Origin: Chthonomonadales bacterium
GTDB lineage: Bacteria > Armatimonadota > Chthonomonadetes > Chthonomonadales > CAJBBX01
Direction of reading: 5' to 3'
DNA length: 64,000 nt
Assembly: GCA_037443035.1 (NCBI GenBank)
Contig: JBBIPC010000003.1
Location: 79,952 to 143,951 of the forward strand
Shown: piece by piece, positions 46,515 through 56,498 of the stretch
Position numbering within the stretch: position 1 is the first letter of the stretch
Layout: every line of letters begins with the position of its first letter
Notes under the pieces: generated by a model
The model's database searches: none
What the model saw: the letters and a program-made list of their open reading frames with translations, nothing else
What the model was told of the DNA's origin: nothing
Position numbers and translations under genes: made by a program

Positions 46515-46877
46515 ATGCCATCAGAAGACAACCACGAGCACACCCTCGACGCTGGAACGGCCCTTCGTCAGCTCGACGGGCTCACTCGCTCCGAGCGCCA
46601 GTGCAACCGCTGGGTTACGTTCGCTCTCAGGACGGTCTGTGGCATGGCAACGCTAGCACTCCTCTTGACCGGACGGCTGGGCCGCGAGCGTCCAGGCGTC
46701 GTTGTTGGCTTAGCCGTGATCCTGGGGCAGCTCTTCGGCCTCTACGCAAGTTCCGTGCTGCTAGAGCATCGCCGCCTTGGTCTGCAGTGGCGTCGACTCG
46801 TCGAGTCTCGAGCATGGACGAGACGACGGCCGTACCGGTGCTCCTGCAGATCGAGTGGACTGACCCTAGGGTTGTAG
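46515..46877 (+). CDS. Hypothetical small membrane protein (two predicted TM helices)
   Basis: Third-position GC bias supports this frame up to about 46810. It has hydrophobic segments (MATLALLLTG and VVVGLAVILGQLFGLYASSVLL). Confidence 0.4.
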   Translation: MPSEDNHEHTLDAGTALRQLDGLTRSERQCNRWVTFALRTVCGMATLALLLTGRLGRERPGVVVGLAVILGQLFGLYASSVLLEHRRLGLQWRRLVESRAWTRRRPYRCSCRSSGLTLGL

Positions 46878-47149
46878 CTGGCCGGTATGCTGTCCTCGAG
46901 CGCCTCCTGGCGCGCATGACCGACGCGGAGGGTCCAAGCCTGACCGACGCGCAGTATCGGGAACTGACGGCATTGCTGGCACCATGGACCGACGCACCAA
47001 CGACCCTGCGGAAGGTGGTTCTCGATGCCCTGGCGCGCATCTCGGACGAGCGGTCGGTCCGGTCCATGGAACGATCCGTCCAGTTGGCGGTCTGTAACTT
47101 ATCCTTACGAAACCTGGTATGCTCTTGTAGTCCTGCATCATGGTTGTGA
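46814..47149 (+). CDS. Hypothetical protein (helical), or the C-terminal part of a frameshifted gene
   Basis: Codon bias switches to this frame after about 46810. It overlaps the previous ORF by 64 nt. Confidence 0.35.
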   Translation: MDETTAVPVLLQIEWTDPRVVAGRYAVLERLLARMTDAEGPSLTDAQYRELTALLAPWTDAPTTLRKVVLDALARISDERSVRSMERSVQLAVCNLSLRNLVCSCSPASWL

Positions 47150-47187
47150 CACACCTGGCAACCATCTGCAAGTAGAAGGGAAGGACA

Positions 47188-47931
47188 ATGCAGCAATACC
47201 GCAAGCGATCAGGTTTCACCCTGATTGAGCTCCTGGTGGTCATAGCGATCATCGCAATCCTGGCCGCCATTCTGTTCCCCGTATTCGCCCGAGCACGGGA
47301 GCAAGCCCGAAAGACGGCTTGTCTCTCGAACCTCAAGCAGCTCGGTCTTGGCTTTCTCATGTACGCCCAGGACTATGACGAGCGGCTTCCTGGTGTCCGG
47401 TTCGGTGATGGCGCCGGACAGGGCTGGCCCTGGACCGTGTGGCAGGGGTCGGTGGATTGGACCGGCGTTTTCACCCATGCCGTCATGCCCTACCTCAAGA
47501 ACCGTGGTATCCTCCAGTGCCCCAGCGGCACTGAAGTAGATCGCTGGAGTGGGACGAACGGCCTTAGCTACTGCTACAACGAGTACATGTACAACCTGGA
47601 TCAGGGATGGTCCATGCTGTCCCGCGTAAGCGGCGTCCAGGTTGGCCCTTCCAACGTCTCCATGCTGTCCGAGTGCTTCTCGAGCGGCATCTACATGGAC
47701 TGGGAGGGTGGTGGACCTGCCTTGCCTGACGGCACCATCGATGGCCTGAACAGGATCCGCTACCACACGTGGAACCCTTGGATGCCGAATCACGAGGGCA
47801 CGAACCTCACCTACGTGGACGGCCATTCCAAGTTCATCGCCAAGGATGCCATCCGCAGCTACAGGATGCCGTCGGGATGGACGGACAACCGCCAGCGGCC
47901 CGTCGTGTACCCAGGTGCCACCGAGCCGTAA
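47188..47931 (+). CDS. Prepilin-type N-terminal cleavage/methylation domain protein, DUF1559 family (module C)
   Basis: [44 protein letters not shown], with a C-terminal YVDGHSK. Confidence 0.88.
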   Translation: MQQYRKRSGFTLIELLVVIAIIAILAAILFPVFARAREQARKTACLSNLKQLGLGFLMYAQDYDERLPGVRFGDGAGQGWPWTVWQGSVDWTGVFTHAVMPYLKNRGILQCPSGTEVDRWSGTNGLSYCYNEYMYNLDQGWSMLSRVSGVQVGPSNVSMLSECFSSGIYMDWEGGGPALPDGTIDGLNRIRYHTWNPWMPNHEGTNLTYVDGHSKFIAKDAIRSYRMPSGWTDNRQRPVVYPGATEP

Positions 47932-47966
47932 GCCGCGGATCCCCTGAGAATACCGGAACGATCCGC

Positions 47967-48179
47967 ATGCGCAACCGAATCCTGATGACCGCGGTGGCGG
48001 GGCTCGTCTGTCTGCTAGCAGGATGCAGCAGCAAGCCCAAGCTGACAGAGGCGGAGAAGAACACACCACCTCCACCCGGTCCGCGCGAGTATGTGCCCCC
48101 ACCGGCCGGTGCGGTACCCGGCCGGGCTGGTCGGCAGATGCCAGCGGCGCCACCGCCGACAACCACTCAGCCACGCTAG
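47967..48179 (+). CDS. Small Pro-rich lipoprotein (module C)
   Basis: 70 aa from ATG 47967. The lipobox is MRNRILMTAVAGLVCLLAGC. Confidence 0.6.
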   Translation: MRNRILMTAVAGLVCLLAGCSSKPKLTEAEKNTPPPPGPREYVPPPAGAVPGRAGRQMPAAPPPTTTQPR

Positions 48180-48323
48180 TCTCTGCGGCCCGGTTTCTGC
48201 CAGGTGGACCGGGCCGCGTTTCCCCCTGACACCCCAGCGAGCCAGTCCGAAGCCGTACGGCGCACTATCTCCACGCCTGTCCATGGGGTACCCTGACACC
48301 ACCTTGTGACTGGAGAATCGCCC

Positions 48324-49997
48324 ATGCGTTCCGATAGAGTCAAGCGTGGTCTCGATCGTGCCCCCCACCGCGGCCTTCTGAAAGCGTGTGGGCTTACCGA
48401 CGCCGACATGGACAGACCCTTCATCGGCATCGCGAACTCCTACACGGATATCGTGCCAGGCCACATTCACCTCAACCGCTTCGCCGAGGTCGTCAAGCAG
48501 GCCGTCCGCGAAGCCGGAGGCGTCCCGTTCGAGTTCAACACCATCGGGGTGGACGATGGCATCGCCATGGGCCACATCGGCATGCGTTACTCGCTTCCGA
48601 GCCGCGAGCTCATCGCTGATGCAGTGGAAACCGTCGTGGCGGCCCACTGGTTCGATGGATTGGTTTGCATCCCCAACTGCGACAAGATTACGCCCGGCAT
48701 GCTCATGGCGGCCGTACGCCTCAATGTTCCCACCATTTTCGTCACCGGCGGGCCCATGCGTGCGGGACGACGGCCTGACGGTACAACGACGGACCTCATC
48801 GGCATCTTCGAGGGCGTCGGCCAAGTCCAAGCCGGAACCATGTCGGAAGCGGAGCTCAAAGCGCTGGAAGACGTGGCATGCCCCGGATGCGGCTCCTGCG
48901 CCGGCATGTTCACGGCCAACTCCATGAACTGCCTGCTCGAGGCCATAGGCATGGCGCTGCCAGGAAATGGCACTGTTCTGGCGGATACGCAGGAAAGGCG
49001 CGATCTAGCACGGCGTGCCGGCCGGCAGATCCTGGAGCTGGTGAAGCAGGATATCAAGCCCAGGGACATCGTCACCATGGAAGCGGTAGACAACGCTTTC
49101 GCGCTGGACATGGCCATGGGTGGTTCCACGAACACGGTGCTTCACTCCATGGCCGTGGCTGTGGAAGCCGGCCTGGACTATCCGCTGGAGCGCGTGAACG
49201 CCATCTCCGAACGTATCCCGTGCATCTGCAAGGTCTCGCCGTCCAGGCCCGAAGTGCACATGGAGGATGTGGACCGCGCCGGTGGCATCTCTGCTATACT
49301 CGCGGAGTTGGCACGCAAGCCCGGTGCTCTCCATCTCGACACGCTCACGGTCACAGGGAAGACCCTGAGGGAGAACGTCGCCAACGCCGTCGTAAGAGAT
49401 CGGGACGTCATACGCTCTGTAGATCGGCCTTTCACCCCAGATGGCGGATTGGCGGTGCTGAGAGGCAATCTCGCGCCGAACGGTGCTGTCATCAAGAGCG
49501 CTGGTGTCGCTCCGGAGTGCTTCGTGTTCGAGGGTACCGCCATCGTCTTCGAATCGCAGGACGAGTGCCTCGCGGCACTCGCGAAGCGGCAGGTGCAGCC
49601 TGGCCATGTGGTCGTCATTCGCTACGAAGGCCCGTGCGGAGGTCCTGGTATGCCCGAGATGCTCTCGCCGACGAGCATGATCAAGGGGCAGGGACTGGGC
49701 ACGCAAGTTGCTCTTGTCACGGATGGGAGGTTCAGCGGTGGTACCGCTGGCATGTGTGTCGGGCATGTCAGTCCGGAGGCTGCCGATGGTGGACCGATCG
49801 CACTGGTCAAGAACGGAGACCGTATCCGCCTGGACATTCCGGCGAGGAGCATTTCCCTTCTGGTGGACGACGCCGAGCTCGCCCGACGTCGTGCAGCCTG
49901 GACCAAGCCACCGCTGAAGATCACCACAGGCTGGCTCGGTCGCTACGCGCGTATGGTCACGAGCGCCGACACTGGAGCCGTCTTGCGGCCTCGTTAG
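48324..49997 (+). CDS. ilvD: Dihydroxy-acid dehydratase
   Basis: ATG at 48324 after GGAG. Motifs are [32 protein letters not shown], and the [17 protein letters not shown] cluster-binding region. Confidence 0.95.
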   Translation: MRSDRVKRGLDRAPHRGLLKACGLTDADMDRPFIGIANSYTDIVPGHIHLNRFAEVVKQAVREAGGVPFEFNTIGVDDGIAMGHIGMRYSLPSRELIADAVETVVAAHWFDGLVCIPNCDKITPGMLMAAVRLNVPTIFVTGGPMRAGRRPDGTTTDLIGIFEGVGQVQAGTMSEAELKALEDVACPGCGSCAGMFTANSMNCLLEAIGMALPGNGTVLADTQERRDLARRAGRQILELVKQDIKPRDIVTMEAVDNAFALDMAMGGSTNTVLHSMAVAVEAGLDYPLERVNAISERIPCICKVSPSRPEVHMEDVDRAGGISAILAELARKPGALHLDTLTVTGKTLRENVANAVVRDRDVIRSVDRPFTPDGGLAVLRGNLAPNGAVIKSAGVAPECFVFEGTAIVFESQDECLAALAKRQVQPGHVVVIRYEGPCGGPGMPEMLSPTSMIKGQGLGTQVALVTDGRFSGGTAGMCVGHVSPEAADGGPIALVKNGDRIRLDIPARSISLLVDDAELARRRAAWTKPPLKITTGWLGRYARMVTSADTGAVLRPR

Positions 49998-50090
49998 GCC
50001 GATTGCAGGGCACGCGATCTCGTCTGCCAGCCCGCAAGGCTGGTTGACTCCGACACCGGTCATGCGGTAGAGTGTCTTCGTCCGCCGAAA

Positions 50091-50125
50091 CCCTTTTAAG
50101 TGTGCCCAGTGAGGCCGCCAAAGGG
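50091..50125 (+). promoter_or_regulatory. Probable PyrR-binding RNA hairpin in the pyr leader
   Basis: CCCUUU-UAAGUGUGCCCAGUGAGGCCGCC-AAAGGG resembles the PyrR binding-loop consensus (UUUAA...CCAGAGAGGC...AAGG) as I recall it. It lies upstream of pyrR. Confidence 0.55.
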
Positions 50126-50203
50126 CTCCGCCAGTTAGGGCGGTTTCCGGCAAGCACCATCGTCCGGGCTACCGTTGTAACCGGTCCGCGAGCGCCTGTA
50201 ACG

Positions 50204-50241
50204 CGCCTTCTCTGAGCCACCCTCGGGGAAGGCGTTTTGTT
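50204..50241 (+). terminator. Attenuator-type intrinsic terminator upstream of pyrR
   Basis: 13-bp stem (CGCCTTCTCTGAG / CTCGGGGAAGGCG, including two G-U pairs) with a 5-nt loop, then TTTTGTT. It ends about 19 nt before the pyrR start. Confidence 0.7.
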
Positions 50242-50253
50242 CAGGTGAGGTGA

Positions 50254-50811
<558 letters not shown>

Positions 50812-50840
50812 CCGGAAGTCATGAGAAGGGAACGTGCGTC

Positions 50841-51791
50841 ATGCATGATCTACTGAGCCTGCGCGAGACCAGCAAGGACGATATCCTCGGCATACTCACG
50901 ACTGCCGCCAGCCTCAAGGAGATCCTGAGACGGCAGGTCAAGAAAGTGCCCACTCTGCGCGGTCGTGTGGTCGTGACGCTTTTCTACGAGCCTTCCACAC
51001 GCACGCGTACATCCTTCGAACTCGCTGCCAAGTACATGAGCGCGGACGCCGTGAACATCAGTGTCGCCCAGTCGTCCGTCACCAAAGGGGAGTCCCTGAA
51101 GGACACGATCCGAACACTGCAGAGCGTAACCGCCAACTGCATCGTGATCCGACATTCGTCCTCGGGAGCTGCCCATCTGGCGGCCCGGTATGCGGATGTG
51201 CCCGTCATCAACGCTGGCGACGGACGCCACGAGCACCCGACCCAAGGATTGCTGGACGCGCTTACGATTGCCGAAGCGAAGCGGGCGGACAGTAGCTTCG
51301 ATTTCTCCGGTCTGCATGTGAGTATCGTAGGCGATCTCGCCCATAGCCGCGTGGCCCGGTCCAACGTATGGTGCTTGACAAGGCTGGGGGCCCAAGTGCG
51401 ATGGTGTGGCCCAGCCACACTCCTCCCGGCAGACGCAGACCGCCTGCCCATAAGCGTCCATACAGACCTCGAGGAAGGCATTCGGGATGCCGACGTCGTC
51501 ATGGTGCTTCGTCTGCAGACCGAACGGCAGGAAAAAGGCCTGTTACCGAGCCTCCGCGAGTACGCACGTGTCTGGGGGGTCAACCTACGCACCCTGCGCT
51601 GGGCGAAACCAGACGTCCTCGTCATGCATCCTGGTCCCATGAACCGTGGTGTCGAGATTTCCGCCGAGGTGGCGGATGGAGCGGGCGGTACGCGAGTTGC
51701 CATCGAGGACCAGGTCCGGAATGGGGTTGCGGTGCGCATGGCTTGCCTCTATCTGCTGATGAGCGGAGAACGAGAGGAGGAAGCGGAATGA
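50841..51791 (+). CDS. pyrB: Aspartate carbamoyltransferase catalytic subunit
   Basis: 316 aa with FYEPSTRTRTSFE, HEHPTQGLLD and HPGPMNRG. Confidence 0.95.
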   Translation: MHDLLSLRETSKDDILGILTTAASLKEILRRQVKKVPTLRGRVVVTLFYEPSTRTRTSFELAAKYMSADAVNISVAQSSVTKGESLKDTIRTLQSVTANCIVIRHSSSGAAHLAARYADVPVINAGDGRHEHPTQGLLDALTIAEAKRADSSFDFSGLHVSIVGDLAHSRVARSNVWCLTRLGAQVRWCGPATLLPADADRLPISVHTDLEEGIRDADVVMVLRLQTERQEKGLLPSLREYARVWGVNLRTLRWAKPDVLVMHPGPMNRGVEISAEVADGAGGTRVAIEDQVRNGVAVRMACLYLLMSGEREEEAE

Positions 51792-53059
51792 GGCTCGTCC
51801 TCAGAGGCGGACGGATCATTGACCCATCCCAATCCATGGATCGCGTTGCCGATGTGGTTATCGCCGACGGGGTTGTCGAAGCGATCACCGACCCCGGCGC
51901 TGTCCATGATGCGGAGGTTCGCGACGTCACCAACCTTCTCGTGACACCAGGTCTCATAGACATACACGTGCATCTTCGCGAGCCGGGCTTCGAATACAAA
52001 GAGGACATCGAGACTGGGACGCGCGCTGCAGCCGCCGGAGGCTTCACCGCTGTATGTTGCATGCCGAATACGCGTCCAGCCATAGACACACCAGCCGTCG
52101 TCAGGCAGATCATCGAGCGTGCGGATGAAGTTGGTGCAGCCCGGGTCTATCCGATCGCCTCCCTGACATGCGCCATGGCTGGCGATCAGCTTGCTGAGAT
52201 AGCTGACCTCAAGGCGGCGGGAGCCTGCGCTATCTCCGACGACGCCTTCCCCGTGCAGAACGCCGAGACCATGCGGCGCGGCATGGAATACTGCGCTCAG
52301 TTCGGCCTGACAGTCATGACCCACAACGAGGACCAAGCACTGACCCGTGGTGGTGCCATGCACGAAGGCTACACTGCCACCGTCATGGGGGTGCCGGGTA
52401 TCCCGGCGGTTGCGGAGGACATCGGCGTAGCCCGGAACATCCTGCTGGCCGCACTTACGGGCTGCCGGCTGCACCTGCTGCACCTCTCCACGGCCCGAGG
52501 CGTCGAGCTACTGCGATGGGCAAGAGAACGGGGCTGGCCTGTCACCGGCGAGACGGCACCCCACTATCTAACCCTTACCGACGATGCGTGCCTAGGGTAC
52601 GACACGAACGCCAAGATGAACCCGCCGCTGCGCACGGACGCCGATCGTCAAGCCCTTATCCAGGCGGTCGCAGATGGCGACGTGGACGCCATCGCCACCG
52701 ATCACGCGCCACACGCGCCGTACGAGAAGGAGAGGGAGTTCGATCAGGCACCGTTCGGCATCGTCGGTCTCGAGACGGCCTTCGCCCTGGTCTTCACCCA
52801 TCTCGTCTTGTCAGGCCGGTTGAGCCTCCAGCAGATGATCAGGCTCATGAGTACCGGACCAGCAGCGGTCCTAGGTCTGCCGGGTGGCACTCTGCAACCG
52901 GGATCGCCGGCGGACCTGAGCGTCTTCGATCTGGACGAGCGGTGGGTAGTCGAGCCAACGATGTTTCGCTCGAAATCCCGCAATACCCCGTTTGGCGGCT
53001 GGAAGCTGCAAGGCAAGGCGAAGTTCACCGTCGTAGGTGGTCGCATCGTTGAAGACTAG
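51788..53059 (+). CDS. pyrC: Dihydroorotase
   Basis: The ATG at 51788 forms an ATGA overlap with the pyrB stop. It has PGLIDIHVHLREPG, and DHAPH in ATDHAPHAPYEK. The 5' extension in the ORF track is unsupported. Confidence 0.92.
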   Translation: MRLVLRGGRIIDPSQSMDRVADVVIADGVVEAITDPGAVHDAEVRDVTNLLVTPGLIDIHVHLREPGFEYKEDIETGTRAAAAGGFTAVCCMPNTRPAIDTPAVVRQIIERADEVGAARVYPIASLTCAMAGDQLAEIADLKAAGACAISDDAFPVQNAETMRRGMEYCAQFGLTVMTHNEDQALTRGGAMHEGYTATVMGVPGIPAVAEDIGVARNILLAALTGCRLHLLHLSTARGVELLRWARERGWPVTGETAPHYLTLTDDACLGYDTNAKMNPPLRTDADRQALIQAVADGDVDAIATDHAPHAPYEKEREFDQAPFGIVGLETAFALVFTHLVLSGRLSLQQMIRLMSTGPAAVLGLPGGTLQPGSPADLSVFDLDERWVVEPTMFRSKSRNTPFGGWKLQGKAKFTVVGGRIVED

Positions 53060-54659
53060 AGCCGATTACATTCTCATGGCTGGCCGTGTCCTCACGATGG
53101 ATACGGAGCGGCCAGTCGTCGAGGCTGTGGCGGTGTCCGGAGATCGTATCGCTGCGGTCGGTTCACGGGCGGGTCTCCTCGCACTGGCGAGCCCCTCTAC
53201 CCGATTGCTGAATCTGGGCTCCCTTACAGTCCTGCCCGGTTTCCACGACTGTCACATGCATATCATGGGCCTGGGGGTAACTCTTCTCGCGGCGGATGTG
53301 TCCCCATCGGCCGGCGCCACCAGTGTTCCCTCGCTGCTCGACACCCTCCGGAATTGGGCGAGAGCCAATCCTGGCGAGGGCTGGGTCCGCGGTTACGGAT
53401 ACAACCAGAATGCCTTTCCTGGAGCCCGCCATGTCACCGCCGCCGACCTCGACTCGGCCTTTCCGGAGAGACCAGTGGTTCTCTTCCATGCGAGCGGTCA
53501 TGGGGCAGTCGCGAACTCCGCCGCACTTCGCGCGGCGGGGATCAGTTCTGCGACCGAGGACCCGGCCGGTGGTGTCATCGGCCGGACCGCCGACGGAACC
53601 CTGACCGGCCTGCTCTTGGAAAGCGCCATCGGTCTCGTAACGCGTGCCATCCCGCCCATGACACGTGCCGAACGGAGCGATGCCATCCTCCGCGCGTCCG
53701 ATGCACTTCTCTCCAAAGGGATAACCTCTGCTTCGGATATGGGTGTCGGTGGGGCTAGCCTCGAGGACGAGCTTGCTGCATATCGCGATGCTGCGGAACG
53801 TGGAGCAGCGATCCGGATGACCATTTGCCCCGACGCGGCCGAGCTGTGGTCACCCGATACGGTCCCCAACCGAGCGGACCTGGAGCGGGGCTTGAACTTG
53901 CCGGATGGCCTCAGGCTCGGTGCGCTAAAGCTCTTTGCCGACGGCGCGCTGACCACGCGGACGGCAGCGTTGTCGGAACCATACGTAGACGGCTCCGGAA
54001 GCGGTTTGCTACTCCACGAGCCCGACGAACTAAGAAACTACATCCGTTCCGGTCATGCCAAGGGATGGCAGGTGGCCACTCATGCCATCGGGGACCGCGC
54101 TGTAGCGCTGGTGCTGGATGCCTACGAGGAGCCTGGCCCTAGGACGTCATCACCTGATCGGATCGAGCACGCCATGCTGCTCGACTCGGGTCTCATCGCC
54201 CGTATGGCGCGTGCAGGGGTCATCGCTGTACTGCAGCCGGAGTTCCTGGCGCGACTGGGGGACGCCTACGTGCTGGGGCTCGGGGAAGAGCGTGCCTCGC
54301 GCCTGAACCCTGTGACATCGCTCATGGCGGCCGGAGTAACAGTCGCGTTCAGTTCGGACTGTCCGGTGGTGCCCGGTTCCCCGCTGGACGGAGTTCGCGC
54401 AGCCATGCAGCGCATGGCACCGTCCGGCCGCGTCCTCGGTCGCGACGAGCGATGCGACCTAGCCACCGCCCTCCAGGCCTACACCGTCGCCGCAGCCTGC
54501 GCTGTTGGGGATGAGACTGAAGTCGGCCGACTGCGCCCCGGCATGAGGGCGGACCTCGTCATCTTGACATCGCTTCCAGGTGAGGATGCCGCTGATCCGG
54601 AAGTCGTCACCGTCATGTCCGGCGGCAAGTTCGTATACGGAGAGGGCCGCCTCCTTTGA
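53037..54659 (+). CDS. Amidohydrolase-family metallohydrolase (YtcJ-like)
   Basis: 540 aa with LPGFHDCHMHIMGLG and a late HAIGDRA. The start is uncertain (GTG 53037, TTG 53049 or ATG 53076). Confidence 0.75.
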   Translation: MVASLKTRADYILMAGRVLTMDTERPVVEAVAVSGDRIAAVGSRAGLLALASPSTRLLNLGSLTVLPGFHDCHMHIMGLGVTLLAADVSPSAGATSVPSLLDTLRNWARANPGEGWVRGYGYNQNAFPGARHVTAADLDSAFPERPVVLFHASGHGAVANSAALRAAGISSATEDPAGGVIGRTADGTLTGLLLESAIGLVTRAIPPMTRAERSDAILRASDALLSKGITSASDMGVGGASLEDELAAYRDAAERGAAIRMTICPDAAELWSPDTVPNRADLERGLNLPDGLRLGALKLFADGALTTRTAALSEPYVDGSGSGLLLHEPDELRNYIRSGHAKGWQVATHAIGDRAVALVLDAYEEPGPRTSSPDRIEHAMLLDSGLIARMARAGVIAVLQPEFLARLGDAYVLGLGEERASRLNPVTSLMAAGVTVAFSSDCPVVPGSPLDGVRAAMQRMAPSGRVLGRDERCDLATALQAYTVAAACAVGDETEVGRLRPGMRADLVILTSLPGEDAADPEVVTVMSGGKFVYGEGRLL

Positions 54660-54720
54660 GGCGAGGTACCGGCTCACGCATGAGCATTGCTCACCTGCCT
54701 AGGAGGACTCTGCGACGGCC

Positions 54721-55821
54721 ATGAGAAGCCTGCTGAGCAAACCTACGCGAGCGATACTCGTGCTCGAGGATGGTTCCGTCTTCGAGGGACAGTCGTTCGG
54801 AGCCCAGGGACGTGCCTACGGCGAGGTCGTGTTCAACACGGGCATGACGGGGTACCAGGAGATCCTCTCGGACCCATCCTATGCGGGCCAGATCGTGACT
54901 CTTACCTACCCTCTCATCGGCAACTACGGCGCCAACAGTGACGACTTCGAATCCGGCCGGGTTCAGGTGGAAGGCTTCGTGGTCCGCGAGGCGTCAGAGG
55001 AGCCCAGCAACTGGCGTTCCAGAGGCACCATCCACGGCTTTCTCGAGCATCGTGGTATCGTCGGCATCCAGGGAATCGACACGCGTGCCCTCACGCGACG
55101 ACTCAGAGCGCAAGGCGTGATGATGGGCACGATTACGACCAATGAGACGCCTGCGGAAGCGCTGGACAGGGTGCGTCAGTCCCCCCGATACGCCTCCGTG
55201 GACTACGTCCGGCGGGTTTCCACGCGAGAACCCTACGAATGGCCTGCCGAAGGGGAGACCCGCTACCGCGTGGCACTCCTGGACTGCGGTGTCAAGTTCA
55301 ACATCATGCGTCATCTGGCGAAGCGGGGATGCCATGTCACCGTCTGGCCTTGCACCGCCACGGCCGAGGAGATTCTGGAGCGTCAACCCGATGGCGTCAT
55401 GCTCTCTCCGGGTCCCGGCGACCCTGCCAACCTCGGCTACCTCATCGCCACGGTACGCACCTTAGCCTATCGCATGCCCATGATGGGCGTCTGTCTTGGA
55501 AATCAGCTCGTGGGGTATGCATTTGGCAGTCGCACGTTCAAACTAAGGTTCGGACACCGTGGCAGCAACCACCCGGTGCGCGATCTCAACACTGGCCGTG
55601 TCTACATCACTTCCCAGAACCACGGCTACGCCCTGGACCCCAACGAGCTACGCGACGGCATGGAGGTGGCGCATATCAACCTCAACGACGGTACGGTGGA
55701 AGGACTGCGCCATCGCGAGCTTCCCGTCTTCACCATCCAGTACCACCCGGAGGCGTCGCCCGGCCCCCACGACAGCGCCTACTTCTTCGATCAGTTCGTC
55801 GAGCTCATGGCGAAGCGATGA
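54721..55821 (+). CDS. carA: Carbamoyl-phosphate synthase small (glutaminase) subunit
   Basis: 366 aa with LVLEDGSVFEG, the GATase nucleophile GVCLGNQL, and HPEASPGPHD. Confidence 0.95.
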   Translation: MRSLLSKPTRAILVLEDGSVFEGQSFGAQGRAYGEVVFNTGMTGYQEILSDPSYAGQIVTLTYPLIGNYGANSDDFESGRVQVEGFVVREASEEPSNWRSRGTIHGFLEHRGIVGIQGIDTRALTRRLRAQGVMMGTITTNETPAEALDRVRQSPRYASVDYVRRVSTREPYEWPAEGETRYRVALLDCGVKFNIMRHLAKRGCHVTVWPCTATAEEILERQPDGVMLSPGPGDPANLGYLIATVRTLAYRMPMMGVCLGNQLVGYAFGSRTFKLRFGHRGSNHPVRDLNTGRVYITSQNHGYALDPNELRDGMEVAHINLNDGTVEGLRHRELPVFTIQYHPEASPGPHDSAYFFDQFVELMAKR

Positions 55822-56498
55822 CACCGACCGTCGTCCGCCTATCGGAGCCAGAGCCGCCTGAGAAGCCCGCTGCCGAAGGACCGGTGTCGCAGCCGGAGCA
55901 GCGCCGTCTCCTTCGACTGCGCATCCTTCTGCCGTTTCTGTTTCTCCTCGCCTTTCTCGCCTGGGGCTTCACGACGAACTACATTCCGTCCCACTCCATG
56001 GAGCCGACGCTCCGCCCTGGAGATCACATCCTCGTCATGCGAGAATGGCTGGCCTATCCTCGTGGGCGCATACCTGCACGCGGCGATATCGTGACGTTTC
56101 TACCGCCCGACGAGGCACTCGCTCAGGAAGGTCCATCACAAGAGCCGCAGTCGCTCCGTCCGGAGGTGTGGATCAAACGTGTCATAGGTCTTCCAGGCGA
56201 GGTGATTTGGATCGTCGGTGGAAGGGTATTCATCAATGGTTCGCCAGTCCCGAAATCCTTCTACCAGGGGAGGCCCAACCTCTATCAAGAGCGCTACCCC
56301 TACGCCTCCGACATGCCACTTACCCTAGGCAATGACGAGCTGTTCGTCATCGGAGACAATCCAGAGGACAGCGACGACAGTCGGACCTGGGGACCACTCA
56401 AGCGAGACCGCATTGTCGGGAAGTTCGTGGCTGTTCTCTTCAACGAGAGTAGGTTTGGGCTCAACAGCCGCCGCGAGCAGCGCGCAGGAGGGACTTGA
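55818..56498 (+). CDS. lepB: Signal peptidase I
   Basis: The ATG at 55818 forms an ATGA overlap with the carA stop. It has a TM anchor, the catalytic Ser box SHSMEPTL, the Lys box KRVIGLPGE, and GDNPEDSDDSR. Confidence 0.88.
   Translation: MTPTVVRLSEPEPPEKPAAEGPVSQPEQRRLLRLRILLPFLFLLAFLAWGFTTNYIPSHSMEPTLRPGDHILVMREWLAYPRGRIPARGDIVTFLPPDEALAQEGPSQEPQSLRPEVWIKRVIGLPGEVIWIVGGRVFINGSPVPKSFYQGRPNLYQERYPYASDMPLTLGNDELFVIGDNPEDSDDSRTWGPLKRDRIVGKFVAVLFNESRFGLNSRREQRAGGT

Noticed and set aside
47209-48830. Minus-strand ORFs 47209..48174 (321 aa) and 48015..48830 (271 aa)
   Set aside because: They lie antisense to DUF1559 module C, its lipoprotein gene and ilvD. No motifs.
48878-50153. ORFs 48878..50047 (+, 389 aa) and 49005..50153 (-, 382 aa)
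   Set aside because: They overlap ilvD, whose frame carries unmistakable dihydroxy-acid dehydratase motifs. The alternatives run into the pyr leader and have no motifs.
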